Shown here: in pieces, positions 37,487-50,054 of the stretch
How positions within the stretch are numbered: position 1 is the stretch's first letter
Layout of the letters: every line of letters begins with the position of its first letter
Origin: Octopus sinensis
Lineage: Eukaryota
Assembly: GCF_006345805.1 (NCBI RefSeq)
Contig: NC_042997.1
Location: 20,150,001-20,214,000, forward strand
Direction of reading: 5' to 3'
DNA length: 64,000 nucleotides
Position numbers and translations under genes: made by a program
Notes under the pieces: model-generated
The model's database searches: none
What the model was told of the DNA's origin: nothing
The model's input: only the letters and a program-made list of their open reading frames with translations

Positions 37487-37662
37487 TTTCTTTTTTCCTG
37501 TAATGAAATTTTCTAACCAGCTTAAGAGTTAATACCCTTTGACAAATAAATGCCTGATAATCAGATTGAATAGATTGAAATTTTCCATAGGCAACCAGAT
37601 TAAAAAATTCAAAATGTTATTTTTAAAGAAATACCAGGAGGAGAATAAAGCTAGACATATTT
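37487..37662 (+). repeat. Left arm of a perfect 176-bp inverted duplication
   Basis: Exact reverse complement of 39342-39517 by base-by-base comparison. The ORF track shows the same peptide MTNKCLIIRLNRLKFSIGNQIKKFKMLFLKKYQEENKARHI on both strands. Confidence 0.95.
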
Positions 37663-37679
37663 CGTTGTTGGGAACTTAC

Positions 37680-37713
37680 CAAGAATATAACAATATAACT
37701 TTCAATGTTCCAG
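37680..37713 (-). other. Candidate 34-nt exon
   Basis: TTTTATTCTATGTAG|CTGGAACATTGAAAGTTATATTGTTATATTCTTG|GTAAGT, with consensus acceptor and donor. Open frames are WNIESYIVIFL or GTLKVILLYS. Confidence 0.3.
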
Positions 37714-38455
37714 CTACATAGAATAAAATTCACTTTTTGTTTTATCAGAAAATCCTACTTTTAGTAAGGAGTATCATACATATGATACAGATGTAGTATC
37801 TTAATCCCATTATTTTGAAACCAAAGAGTCTTAAAACTTCTTAAGGAATGTAACAAACAGTTTGAAGGTATTTTGTTGCTTCTCAGGCTGTATGACTGGA
37901 TTCTTTATTTTTTGTGTTTGGCTATAAGCTTTGACTGATAAGCTTTGATTTTTATATATATCATGTAGTTTAGCTTATAAGTGATGTAGCTTGTTCTGGT
38001 GTCTTTTTATTATAGAATTAATATTTAGTTGATACATCAATATATTCTTGCTATAGTTCAGTGTCAAATTTTATGGATTTATTGATTTTGTTCAAACATT
38101 GATTTCTAGGAGTATTATGGAGCCTCAGACATTGGAGAAAGAAATAGCTGAATAAACTAAACTCAATATTTGACTGCTGCATTATCTAAGTGATCTTTCC
38201 ATCACTCATAAATCTCCCCACTCATTCTCTTTCTTTCTCTCTGTATCATTCTGTCATTGTGACAAGGTATCCATCAGCCCATATTCAATCCTACCTCCAT
38301 CAGTTAATTCCCTCTTTCTTCTGTCTGACTGTCTGTCTATCTATGTATCAATCAATCAATCAATAAATCAATCAACAAATTGCATGCATAAGTAGGGTGT
38401 GTCTGACATCTGTGTGTATCTGATACACTCCACTAATATCCTTGTGTGTTGGTAA

Positions 38456-38500
<45 letters not shown>

Positions 38501-39150
38501 TTCTAAGTCACTTATTGACACTCATCACACTCTTATACTTTTGTACATCTCTATGATAATCCATCTCTTGCTCTCTCACCAGTATACAAGTAGCTTTCAT
38601 CACTGTCTCTCTCCCATTACACTCTCTTCTATCATCTACCCCCAACCACTCCAATCACTGTATTTCCTACATTCTTCTCCCTTTATCCTTTATGTATCTT
38701 CTGCCATCATTCTCTTTTCTATTTAAACCTACTACTTCTAATCAGTGGTTGCCCCACATATGAATAGCTGCATAATTCCCATTAATAAGTAAATAGCTTT
38801 CTCATCACCTATGCTAAGTTCTTTTAATACTTGTTGACATTTATAGCACAATGTTCACGCATACACATGCACAGACAGACATACTGACACACGCAGGTGC
38901 ACACACATACACACACAAAGACAAAATGCGAGGAGAAAGAATGAGTAGACCTAATTTAATTCATAGAAAATAATCTGGTAGTAAAATGCCAAACTCAAGA
39001 TTCATAGTTTCATAACAAAAGAAAATAAAGTAATTTTATAATCATGGTTGACATAGTTACAGATATATATATGTGTGTGTTTGTGTGTGTGTGTATTCAT
39101 ACATACACATATACACACATATATACATACATATATATACACATATATAT

Positions 39151-39194
<44 letters not shown>

Positions 39195-39341
39195 TATACT
39201 TGCATATATATATATAGCCATACATACACAGACACACACGCACATATATACTTATATATATATATGTGTGTGTGTGCGTATATGTATGTGTGTGTATATG
39301 TATATATATGTATGTATGTATGTATATGTATATGACAGCCA

Positions 39342-39517
39342 AAATATGTCTAGCTTTATTCTCCTCCTGGTATTTCTTTAAAAATAACATTTTGAATTTT
39401 TTAATCTGGTTGCCTATGGAAAATTTCAATCTATTCAATCTGATTATCAGGCATTTATTTGTCAAAGGGTATTAACTCTTAAGCTGGTTAGAAAATTTCA
39501 TTACAGGAAAAAAGAAA
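39342..39517 (-). repeat. Right arm of the 176-bp inverted duplication
   Basis: See 37487-37662. Its inner end abuts a compound microsatellite (39065-39335). Confidence 0.95.
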
Positions 39518-39792
39518 AGTTATGAATTTCAAATATGAAGAAAACAAGTGAAGAATATAGAATAAAGAAAACCAAGGAAGCAAGAAAAGGTTCACTAATT
39601 AAAAAATGATCTCTATAGATAAAGTGCTTTAAAAAATTCCTAGTATAATTTAATTGCTTATTTTGGTGATTATTAATTGGTTGAGATGACTGACAATTCT
39701 CATTTGCTTGGTCTTCTCAGATTCTGGTAATCAAAAAGGAATTTTTTTTTTTGTTTTTTGTTGTTGTTTTTTTTTATTGCAAGAGACCTAAC

Positions 39793-39888
39793 TGTAGCAG
39801 ACTCTTCTCTTTTAAGCGATATCGTTGCCAGAAATATGCTACATGTGAATCTGCTAAACCACCTTTAGTGATTTGCAGATAATGGTGG
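39793..39888 (-). other. Weak candidate 96-nt exon
   Basis: AATAG|...CA|GTTAGG, both sites weak. Encodes HHYLQITKGGLADSHVAYFWQRYRLKEKSLL and is phase-compatible with 37680-37713. Confidence 0.15.
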
Positions 39889-40139
39889 CTATTTTAAGGA
39901 TCATTCAATAATCAGTTACAGGTGTAACAGAGAGGTTGAAAAGTTTACATCACAACCATGAGTTATGGTAGTTTGGGGTTTTACCCTTTGGTTATAACAT
40001 AACCACAAACAACCAAAGCCTTATGCATAAAATATGGTTGTGGAATCAGCACAACATACTATCATAAGCAACCCAGTACCACTACACAAAGAAAATTGAC
40101 TTGGTGTAACAGATAAAATACTGGGAGAGCCTAAAGTAA

Positions 40140-40460
40140 CTGAAGCTCCACCACCTAGAGAGATATGAAAGATAAGCCGGGGTATATGTATGGAAGATCC
40201 TGGAATGTTTAGCACCCAACTTTGGAAATGAATGCTTTACCAACCATCAAAATGGATAGCACTGCATAGTAGCATGGAACCAAAGATCTTGCCTTCTCCA
40301 TATGGAATATGGACCCAGTATTGTAATGGCTTGAATTTCAAGGGTTGACAACTATTCAACTTTCTGACAAACAATTTCAGAGATTTGTGAGGTATGACGA
40401 TCTTCAAAGAACAATTGGAAAAATTCTTATCCGAGATACCAGATGAACCTATGTTCTGGA
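40140..40460 (+). mobile_element. CR1/L2-group LINE ORF2 C-terminal fragment
   Basis: VYVWKILECLAPNFG, HCIV and YCNGLNFKG*QLFNFL..FKEQLEKFLSEIPDEP (cf. the IWKILEGLVPNFG..RGPQLFN.LP..FK.KLD.FL..IPDEP ending). Confidence 0.75.
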
Positions 40461-41729
40461 AGAAGGCACAAAGATGAACAGTTCTGTTCAACTTGATACT
40501 TCACCAGAAACAATACAGAAAAGAAGTGCAATTATTCTTAAAGACGATGCCCCAGCATGATTTCAGCTTCTGACTGAAACCATAAGACAAAAGCCAAGAG
40601 ACATACATACTGTGGGGTCTCTATATATGAACATAAGCCTTTCCATATTCTGGTTTGTTAGCTTAATTTTTCATTACATTAGAAATTAAAATACACATAA
40701 AAGAGAAGTAACCTTTCCCAAACCACACCAAAACTTCATGCAAAATCATAAAATATTTTATTTCACTACCCACCAGAAGCAAATACATAAATGTGGGGGG
40801 GGGGGGCGCAGTTCATAAATCCAAGAAAGAAGCACACTCTAAAGCATTGGAGCAGGAATATATATTTTTAGGAAGTTAAATGTTATAGCTGGTCATATCA
40901 TTTAACTTCCAAAAGTATATATATATATATTTATGTATGTAGGTATGTATGTATATATTGAAGACACAAGCATGGTTGTGTGGTAAGAATCTTGCTTCCC
41001 AACCACATATTTCTTGGTTCAGTCTCTTAGTATGTTATCTTGTGGTTATGCTGCAGACACTTTAACCACATTGCTATGTTTGCATTTATGTAATTAGTTT
41101 TGAATATTCTGTGAATAATATTATCATAAGAGATTGGAAATTTGGGATTCAGTTGGATGCCAGATGTGTTACTTGACAGTATCTAGTTTGCTACATTGCT
41201 CTCTGCTGAAATTTTATCGCAATGAACTTTGGTTGTATTTTTGCTGAATTAATAAAACAAAAGTCAATTAGATCTTGAATTAAATTCAATTTGGTATAGC
41301 GTTCAAGAAAAATCAGCCTCTCACCTTGTCAAGAGAAGCTGATATGGTTCTCATAGAAGCTTAGCATAAAATATAAAATATAAAGCTGTTTGTCTGTCCA
41401 ATTGCTTATGTATCAATTTCTTCTATTATATAGCTATCTAATGTGTTTTACATTTGATTGGCTGTCACTGAGAAATTGAATTTAAATACAGATTGAAACA
41501 TATGTATTTGAAAACTATATAAATACATTTCAGGATGGGCAGTGATCTCATTTGCTAAAATAATTAAATACCTATTGTGACTTTCCTATCAATTGCTGAA
41601 ACAACTGAACACAGTATGCTAAACACCTAGAAAACCACATCAAATCTAGAAATACCTATGCACAGCATATAAGAAAAATAATCATAAATATATAACATTG
41701 GAACGTATTTAGAAATGATAAAACCTTTA

Positions 41730-41920
41730 GTGGAATTACTAGCATGGTATTTTGTCCGTCTTTACATTCTGAGTTCTAATTCCACTGAGGTCAACTTAGC
41801 CTTTCATCATTTTGGGGTCAATAAAATAAATACAAGTTGAGTACTAGGGTCTATGCAATTGACTTACCTCCACCCTCAACTTGCTAACCTTGTGCCAAAA
41901 TTTGAAATCAATATTAGAAC
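41730..41920 (+). mobile_element. tRNA-derived SINE family A, degenerate
   Basis: TTCTGAGTTCTAATTCCACTGAGGTCAACTTAGCCTTTCATC..GGGGTCAATAAAATAAATACAAG. Confidence 0.65.
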
Positions 41921-44035
41921 AAAATTAAAGATGGTGAATACGCATAACCCTTTGAGCATTCGACAAAATACGTTGTTATGATTACTTACAGTCCTAACAT
42001 TTACGTTTATCATTGTCACTACTGCCTCCACTGCTGCGGCCACTGTCATCATCATCATCATCACAGCCATCAATGTTGACACCATCATCATTTTCATTCA
42101 TATTTGTTTTTCATGTAGACATATATTGAACAGTAATCATAATGTGAACCAGTTCCTATTCAAATTTACTACCATCCTAGATGGATCAGAGGATTGTGTG
42201 TCACTTCCATGTATCATTGTTTGCATGGTTTCTACTGACAGATGATCTTTGTTATACCAATCACTTTACAGAGTGTACTAGATGCATTTTGTCAAGGTAC
42301 CAGCAACAAAATAAAACTTGTGCTTCCTCTCAATCATATGCTGTATGTTCTCCTGCTTTGTACATTGTAAGAATCTTCACTACTTATGATGTCTCCATTT
42401 AAGATACCCAGATCTTTATGCTTGAGGTTTTGATTCAGAAACTATAATTATTAATAAAAGATAGCTGAAAGCAGACACCTGCTGAACATCGTCTATCTGT
42501 TCAGTAAATTCCTTGCTAAATTGTTTTAAGTTCTGGTCTAAATGTAATAAAACTCTAAAAGAAACTTACCTGAACTTTACACACTTGTCTTCGTCAAATA
42601 TTTATTTTTGAGTTATTTTTTAAACATAAATTTCCCCAAAGTATATTTTTGACACTTGTGAGAAAATGTAATATGACAATGTAATATGACTGAAATTTCC
42701 TTGGAAAAACATAGAAAACAATAGTATAATATGTGGTGAAACTAAATAATTTCGGCTGGTGTTAATTTATTACTTTAGCTTAGAATACCTTAAAAAAATA
42801 ATCTCAAAATCAAATTTTGATGAACACAAGTGAATAACTGTCTTAGACATTGCATAGATATTGCATTAAGTATTTTCTACTTGGTTTGCAAAAGACAGGT
42901 TTTGTTTATGAAAACAATAACAGTCACTCGTTTACCATGAATTATGCATCATGCAGTTTTTGTAATGTCTTTACTTTCGAGCACAACATAGAGAATTGTC
43001 AAAACAATACTTTACAAAATTATGACAGCTTTTTCTATACATGTTTTAAAGATATAAAAGCACTTCTTGCTTCATATACTAAAACAGAACAGAATTGCTT
43101 TCTCTACTTATTTTCACAAGGATTTAATGAGCAAGTTCTTATTCCATTTCTTTTTTCAAGTCTGTTGCTTTATATCTTGTTGTTTTACATTGATAGCTTT
43201 CTACTTTCAACAAGGGAGCTAATCTGTAAACACTTCTGATACAAGGCTTAAAGGCACCAGAAATTCTGATGATTGATATTTATTTCCTAGTATTCATTTT
43301 TTTCTGTTAATTCTCTCTTTTAGCATATTACAAAACAAAATTGAAGAATATAGTAATGGAGTCATATTTATACAAATAACTGTCCAAGTAATAATTCTTT
43401 AGAAAAGATATATGAATGGAGAAAAAGTTTTAATTCTCTCAAGATAATGTAATATATTTCTGTGTCTTTTTAAAACAAAATTTATCAATATTAAACTAGA
43501 TTCTCATTTCTGAGAAATAATAGTCTTAGACTGCAGGCTCCATTTCATAAGAACCTTTAGATTTATCAGACATTTTAGGAAAATAGAAAAGGAACCTTAA
43601 TCATACTATTTACGTGTGCCAATTTTTTTTGACATTCACCATCCCAAACTTGCTGTGTTGCTAAAAGATAATATTGATCAGTTGTCCTGCAGGAATAAAT
43701 TGTGCTAACAGATAACATTTCAATTTTATCAAATCTTAAGGTCTTCTGATAATTGACTTGTCATATACATTTCAATGAACCATTATGATAACAGATATAA
43801 AAAAAAATCATTTTATAATATGCCAAAAGGTATATTACAAAACTGATTCATAATATAATTAATTCTGCAACTATATACCAAGTTTAAACTCAGGGGTAAG
43901 ACATTAACTTCTGGATAATAGTGGCTTTGAAACAGTAGAAATATTTAAAAATAATGAAAGAAACTATCTGCTTTTTTAAGTAAATAAATAATCCCTTTAT
44001 ACACAAATCAGAAACTGCATTAGGATTTTACGCAT

Positions 44036-44295
44036 AAATCTTATTTACCATATGTATTTACAACATCATACCAACAATGCTGAATGGAACCAACTAATGC
44101 AATAAAAAGTATCAGAATTTTGAATAAATTCATTTTTATGATTTAATTTTGGGAGCTGGGTGTGTAAATCTTATTTACCATATGTATTTACAATATCATA
44201 TCATAAATGCTGAATGGAAGCAACTAATGCAATAATAAGTATCAGAATTTTTAATGAATTCATTTTTATGATTTAGTCTTAGAAGGTGGGTGCAG
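44036..44295. repeat. 130-bp diverged tandem duplication (2 copies)
   Basis: AAATCTTATTTACCATATGTATTTACAA..GCTGAATGGAA.CAACTAATGCAATAA.AAGTATCAGAATTTT starting at 44036 and 44166. Confidence 0.9.
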
Positions 44296-44842
44296 TGTTC
44301 ATTGCTGTTTCAAGTTTTCCTTAAATTGAGATTATGAACTTTTGGTAGTTGTTAATATAGTAAAAGTTCAGGTTGAACTCTTGGTTGAACTCCAGAAGTC
44401 AATGGTTGATAGAAAAATATAAACATAAATAAAATGGAAGAGCAACAATTAAAGCTTGACCTGGATTTATGCCAAACAATGGAAAGACCCAGAATATCTA
44501 AGACTACAATTAAGGATAACAAGAAGATGTTGAAGAACATAAAATTATAGAAAAAATTGAATCAAAAAGAAAAATATACAAACAACTACATAAACATCAC
44601 AGTTACAATGAAATTTATCTAAATAATGTAGACATCCCATCATGGTTATGGTTTTGGCACAAAGCTGAACCATTCAATCCAATAGTGTCAATATACAGGC
44701 ATGTGTGTGTTAGTGTGTATGTATGTCTGTATATAGTGAGGTATTTTACACATGCTAATCATGTTATGATGAATTTTTTATTGATATTTTAATTCAAATA
44801 TGAACATTTTAGTATGAGGGATACTGAAAGGATTAATAAACT

Positions 44843-45251
44843 ACTCTCTTTACTCTTTTACTTGTTTCAGTCATTTGACTGCGGCCATGCTGGAGCACCA
44901 CCTTTTAGTCGAGCAAATCGACCCCGGAACTTATTCTTTGTAAGCCCAGTACTTATTCTATCAGTCTCTTTTGCCGAACCGCTAAGTGACGGGGATGTAA
45001 ACACACCAGCATCGGTTGTCAAGCAATGCTAGGGGGACAAACACAGACACACAAACACACACATACATATATATATATACATATATACGACAGGCTTCTT
45101 TCAGTTTCCATCTACCAAATCAACTCACAAGGCATTGGTCGGCCCGGGGCTATAGCAGAAGACATTTGCCCAAGATGCCACGCAGTGGGACTGAACCCGG
45201 AACCATGTGGTTGGTTAGCAAGCTACTTACCACAAAGCCACTCCTGCGCCT
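44843..45251 (-). mobile_element. tRNA-derived SINE family C (CORE-like segment), full length with internal (TA)/(TG) tract
   Basis: Minus strand GGCGCAGGAGTGGC..GTGGTAAGTAGCTTGC..GGTTCCGGGTTCAGTCCCACTGCGTGGCATCTTGGGCAAATGTCTTC, ending in (AAGAGTA)-like repeats. Confidence 0.9.
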
Positions 45252-45869
45252 ACTTGTTTGATATTAGACAAGTATCCAAATGTTGCTTCTTTCATATCAT
45301 TTCAACATGAATTGCCAAACTAGGCCTAGATTATGAGTTGATCTGCAAACCTTTGCTAACATCTTTAATAATTTATTCTTTCCTGCATTAGCTGTGCCAA
45401 CTGTGATTATTTCCAGTGCAGCCATTGCTTATTTTGTGGTTATGTAGTGGCATACTGATTAAAACTAAAATGCTCTGATACCTTAACTGTGACAGCTCTC
45501 TCTCAGCAACTCAAGTCAGTGAAGGAGTACTATGTTATTGTTCAATCTGTTAGAAATATCACTCGATAAGATGAAGATGCTTCTAATCACACCTTTACTT
45601 CTTAAAAGAAAAAAACTCATTGAATAATTTCATCCTTGATGCACCAATTCTTGAAAATTAAGGTACGCTCATCGTGACTAGAATGCCTTTGATTATAGTC
45701 TGTTGACCAGAACCGACCTAGGACCAAACAACAACAAAGTGAACTATTGAACTGACACTTGTACAAGATATTGTCAGAGCTAACTGAAGAAAGCTTTATT
45801 TAGGGAACTAGATTATAGGTTGCTTGTAAATGTTTATATTGGCTATAACCTTGATAGGAACTATTGAGA

Positions 45870-46700
45870 TACAACTATAAACCAGGCAGGAAATTAAAAT
45901 AATTTATATACCAGGATGGAATTTAAACTTTAAAAAAATCACTCCAAAACTGGGGGTCATCGTATATACCCGATATAAAATCTAAACTTTAACTTACTGT
46001 GGTTTAGAATAGAACTAATGTCAATGGGAAACTGTGTAAAGCACTTGCATAGATCCTATGTTTCTATAGCACAATATTTTCTACTGATATTTGCACCTAT
46101 TGATACAGCACTCAGCCAGCCAAGGGCTATCAGGACAAGTGTAGTTTACGATAACTAACCTATCTGTTAAGGCAGATTAGCAGCATGTACTAGTATCTTC
46201 TGTGACTAGCCAGCTCATGTCAGTCAGACCAATCACAATAAACCTTACAGTTATCAGTTACCTTTAAACATTTACAGACAGGGTTTCTTGAAAAGGCTCA
46301 AGTTGTCACTCTTCCATAAGTAGCAGTACTCTCACTGGGTGAACAATACTTTTTCAGCAACTGTAAAATCCCTTCATGGCTCCAAGTGATAAACAAAGGA
46401 ATTACGTAACTGATTTTAAGCAGAAAGTTGTAACATGTGCCAAGTCCTACAACAATTGTGCTGCTGCAAGAGAATATGGTGTAACCAAAAAGATGGTAAG
46501 AGTTTGGAGATTAAAAAAAGACTTATCAAGGAGTATATGCAAGATAAAATGTGCAATGGGAGGAGGCACTGCACACTGGCTGATTCAAGAGAAGCATGTA
46601 GCAGACATGTCCCCTGAGCAGTGTCAAAATGGATACAATGTTTCAAGACCAAAAGTCTGATGAAGCAATCAAAATTTACAAATTAAAGAAAATACTAGCA
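45870..46700 (+). mobile_element. pogo/Tigger-like DNA transposon 5' relic
   Basis: CCAAAACTGGGGGTC subterminal motif upstream of the transposase N-terminal ORF. No right TIR found. Confidence 0.65.
46376..46660 (+). CDS. Truncated pogo-family transposase N-terminus (Brinker-type DNA-binding domain and start of CENP-B HTH)
   Basis: RNYVTDFKQKVVTCAKSYNNCAAAREYGVTKKMVRVWR matches the R.SY...FKLKVV..A....N.AAAR.FGV....VR.WR pattern. It stops before any DDE domain. Confidence 0.7.
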   Translation: MAPSDKQRNYVTDFKQKVVTCAKSYNNCAAAREYGVTKKMVRVWRLKKDLSRSICKIKCAMGGGTAHWLIQEKHVADMSPEQCQNGYNVSRPKV

Positions 46701-46751
46701 GTGTACTTTATAACATTTCTAATGTATTACAATATATTATACATACCTCAA

Positions 46752-46975
46752 GGGGGCGAGCTGGTAGAATTGTTAGCATGCTGGTGAAATGCTTAGCAGT
46801 ATTTTGTCCGCTGCTACGTTCTGAGTTCAAATTCTACCGAGGTCGATTTTACCTTTCATCCTTTTGGAGTTGATTAAATAAGTACCAGTTACACACTGGG
46901 GTCGATGTAATCGACTTAACTGCCTCCCCCAAACTGCCCCCGAGGCAAAAATTTGAAATCAATATTATAAGTAAA
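46752..46975 (+). mobile_element. tRNA-derived SINE family A
   Basis: GGGGGCGAGCTGGTAGAATTGTTAGCATG..GTTCTGAGTTCAAATTCTACCGAGGTCG..TAAGTACCAGTTACACACTGGGGTCGATG. Confidence 0.85.
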
Positions 46976-47902
46976 TCTGTAAATCCATTTTAAGTAAATG
47001 GTATTATTATGATATACATAACACCATGTTAGTTCCTGCAAAATAACTGATGCTTAAGTGATGTCACTATGGTAGTGTTTGCACCAGCCAGGTACATTTG
47101 ATGTGCATTATAGTAGGTTATTTGGCCAGTTTTTGAAAAGAACTGGATAAATTCTGAACAACCAAGACTGCAGAATTGTTGCATACAAAGTTTACTGGTT
47201 GAAACATAATTAAAATGCTATTGAAATACAAGAAAAGCAGAAGCTTCAGGGGCTGCTGGAGAAGCTACAACTCACCTGACGCCTTTGGTTATGAACCTCA
47301 TTCTTCAACAATCAAGCTACTCTCCATGAAGACTTGGGTTAGTCTTATATAGCAAGTATAGCTCAAAACTGACTTTTTAAATGGAAATCCTGGAGGTAAT
47401 CATGTATACCCAGTCATATTATATGCCAGTATATACGGTAAATGAATAGATATATTCAAATATTTTCATTGTTTTTCTCCATTGAACACAATGAGAAACG
47501 AAAACATAAAAACAAAAACAGAAAACAAACATTTTTCAAACAACGAAAAAATACAAACAGAGAAACGAGATAATCAATATAAAGAACATTCCCCTTCATC
47601 ATGAAGGGTATACATCTGGGTATACACACCTTAGAATTAAACTTATTTTAATTATGGGAGGAGACCCAGTATTTCATCCCCCACATTCATACTTTCTCAT
47701 AGGTAATGTTTTCCTGTATATATGTTCAACTATTTTTGTTTTCCCAAATAAATTACATTTTGTGTTTTGAGGCTTTGATGAAGCTGTAATGTGTCACTCA
47801 AACACTCAACTACAAGTCCACCATATCTTATAGCAGAAACGGCTGTAAGTTAAAGCAGTTCACAGTATAATTGTTTATTCCTCTGTCCTCTCCTTGTTCT
47901 TA

Positions 47903-48092
47903 TACAAGGAGGTGCTGAAAATACAGAAGGATAACTTAATTACGATTCAGCATAGTCCCTTCTCAGATTCACACACTTATTGCAATAGTCCTTCAGTTTT
48001 TCTAAGCTCTGTAAAAGAATTTGGACGGTTGGGCTTCCAGCCAGGTCTTTCAGAATACCTTCAAAGCCAGTAACTTTTCAACACTCTCTCAT
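47903..48092. mobile_element. Mariner-like MITE, degenerate
   Basis: Homologous to 63272-63480 (CCCTTCTCAGATTCACACACTTATT..CTGTAAAAGAA..GGTTGGGC.TCCAGCCAGG) with remnant TIRs. Confidence 0.6.
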
Positions 48093-48109
48093 TCGTGTGT
48101 GTGTGTGTG

Positions 48110-48305
48110 TATGTGTGACTGAGAGATACACATGCAAACCTGTTTATATATGATGGGTTTCTGCAAAGTTTACATTTATCCAATTTCATTTTCAAAGCAT
48201 TGGTCAACCTGTAGCTATTATAGAAAATGCTTGCTAAAGGCATCACTCTCTGAGAATGAACCAAAAATGATGGAGTTGTGAAGAAAACTTCCTAACCATA
48301 GAGCC
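48110..48305 (-). mobile_element. Family C SINE fragment, degenerate
   Basis: CCAATTTCATTTTCAAAGCATTGGTCAACC..GCTATTATAGAAAATGC..CTTCCTAACCATAGAGCCATGC. Confidence 0.55.
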
Positions 48306-49864
48306 ATGCTTAATTTGAAGTTGTAAAGATTTTAAAGCACTCAATTTAGCTTCATCATTCCTGTAAAACGTACCTGTAAAATAATGAAACAAGCTGCAAG
48401 TATGATATGATAAAGTTGAATTGTACAGATATAAACAAATGTTATTTAAGAAAAAAATATAAATACAAAGAGAAACTACTTCACATGTTGAATGTATATT
48501 TTCTGAAATTAATTACTATGAGAAACTTTTGAATCAAAAATAACCATCTCATTTAATAGTAGATTTAATGTTGTAAAAGAATACTAAATTAGGAACATTG
48601 TTTTGATACACTTACAATTTAGCAGTCAAACAATAGTATGAATCCATATTAATATCTATTTCAGCATTATAAGTGAGTATAGTGCTTGAAAGAGTAGCTA
48701 CCTGCATGACACTTGCTTAGGCAAAAATCATTAAGATATTGAAATTTGTAAAGTTGTCTACTAGATTTGTGAAGTTGTCCAATCTATAACTATAGTAATA
48801 AACAGCTGTAAAAGAGAAAAGAATCATGTTTAAACAATTGTAGGTGCTTGTATAAGTGAAAAAGTTTAGAAATAACTATAGCAAATAATCTGGAAAGCTG
48901 GTAAATTTAAAGTTGTTATGGAGCTGTAGCTTAATGCCACAAGCAATAGTCATTGTTTGTTGTCAAGAAAGCATTCTTGATAAAAACTAGAAACAAATAA
49001 TTATCTTCTTGATAAGGAGGAATAAAATATAAATAAAAAACAAAAGTAGTTCAATGAGATACTTTGAGCTTCTTTTCTCATAAATTTTATATTGTTACTT
49101 GTAAATTTTCAATAATGTGTAGTGTTTGCCAAGTCAATATTTTCCAATTAGCCAGAACTGCAGAAATATAATATTATTCTAAGGAAAATTTTCTTAATTT
49201 AATATATTTCTGTCTTACACTAAGCTAGAAATTTTCAATATTTGGAAAAGAGACAGTGATATTTATAAAACTAAATATCATTTTAGGTTTTTGTCATTAT
49301 TAATTCAATACCGAACTTGAAAATAACTTTTTTTTAAACAAATTTTAAGCAGTTGAAACCTTTAGCAAATGAAATTTTAATGTTGGTAAGTTGGTATGTA
49401 TTGAAAAATTTGAGTTTCTTAATTTCTTGTATTCTTAAAAGTTAGTGAAAGAATAGCCATATTATAACATTAGCTTTAGTGCAACGTTCTTTACATAAAA
49501 GTTCTGGAATATTTCTATATGTGCAATTAGAAAAAATTATATCAAATATAGATGAAATACAAAATTATTTGGAAAGTAAAATATGCTTAATTGGTCTTAA
49601 TTTGAAAGAGTAAAAACAAAATGAGCTACTACAAAGAAATCAAGTTCAATTTTTGTTTACTAGAAAAAACATAGCATCTATTGAAGCTACTAGTAATAAT
49701 TAATTCAGTGAAGCAAGATCTTTCACCAAGATATGTAGGTATGTAATCTATAATTCTGGGGCAGCTTCTATTCAATATTTTATGTGTGAAACTGATCCCA
49801 GCTTCCATTGCTTTTCATAGTGAAGTGTCTCACTCTTTTCTATAATTTTTTAACAGCTTTAGTA

Positions 49865-50050
49865 GGTGTGTCTATGTGGTTAAGAAATTTTCTTCCCAAC
49901 CATATGGTCTTGGGCTCAAACCTGTTACACATCACTGTGGGCAAGTGTTTTCAACTATAACCTCTGACTGTCCAATGCCTTGTGAGGGGATCTGGTAGTC
50001 AGAAACTGAAAGAAACCTGTTGTGTGTATGTGTGTGTGTTTTTGCTACTT
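49865..50050 (+). mobile_element. Family C SINE 5' half
   Basis: GTGGTTAAGAAATTTTCTTCCCAACCATATGG..GGGCAAGTGTTTTCAACTATAACC..GAAACTGAAAGAAACC. Confidence 0.7.
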
Positions 50051-50054
50051 CACA

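Noticed and set aside
42850-43239. 129-aa ORF on the + strand
   Set aside because: Non-ATG start, AT-biased F/Y/N/L composition, no motif and no splice support. A length like this is plausible by chance in 64 kb.
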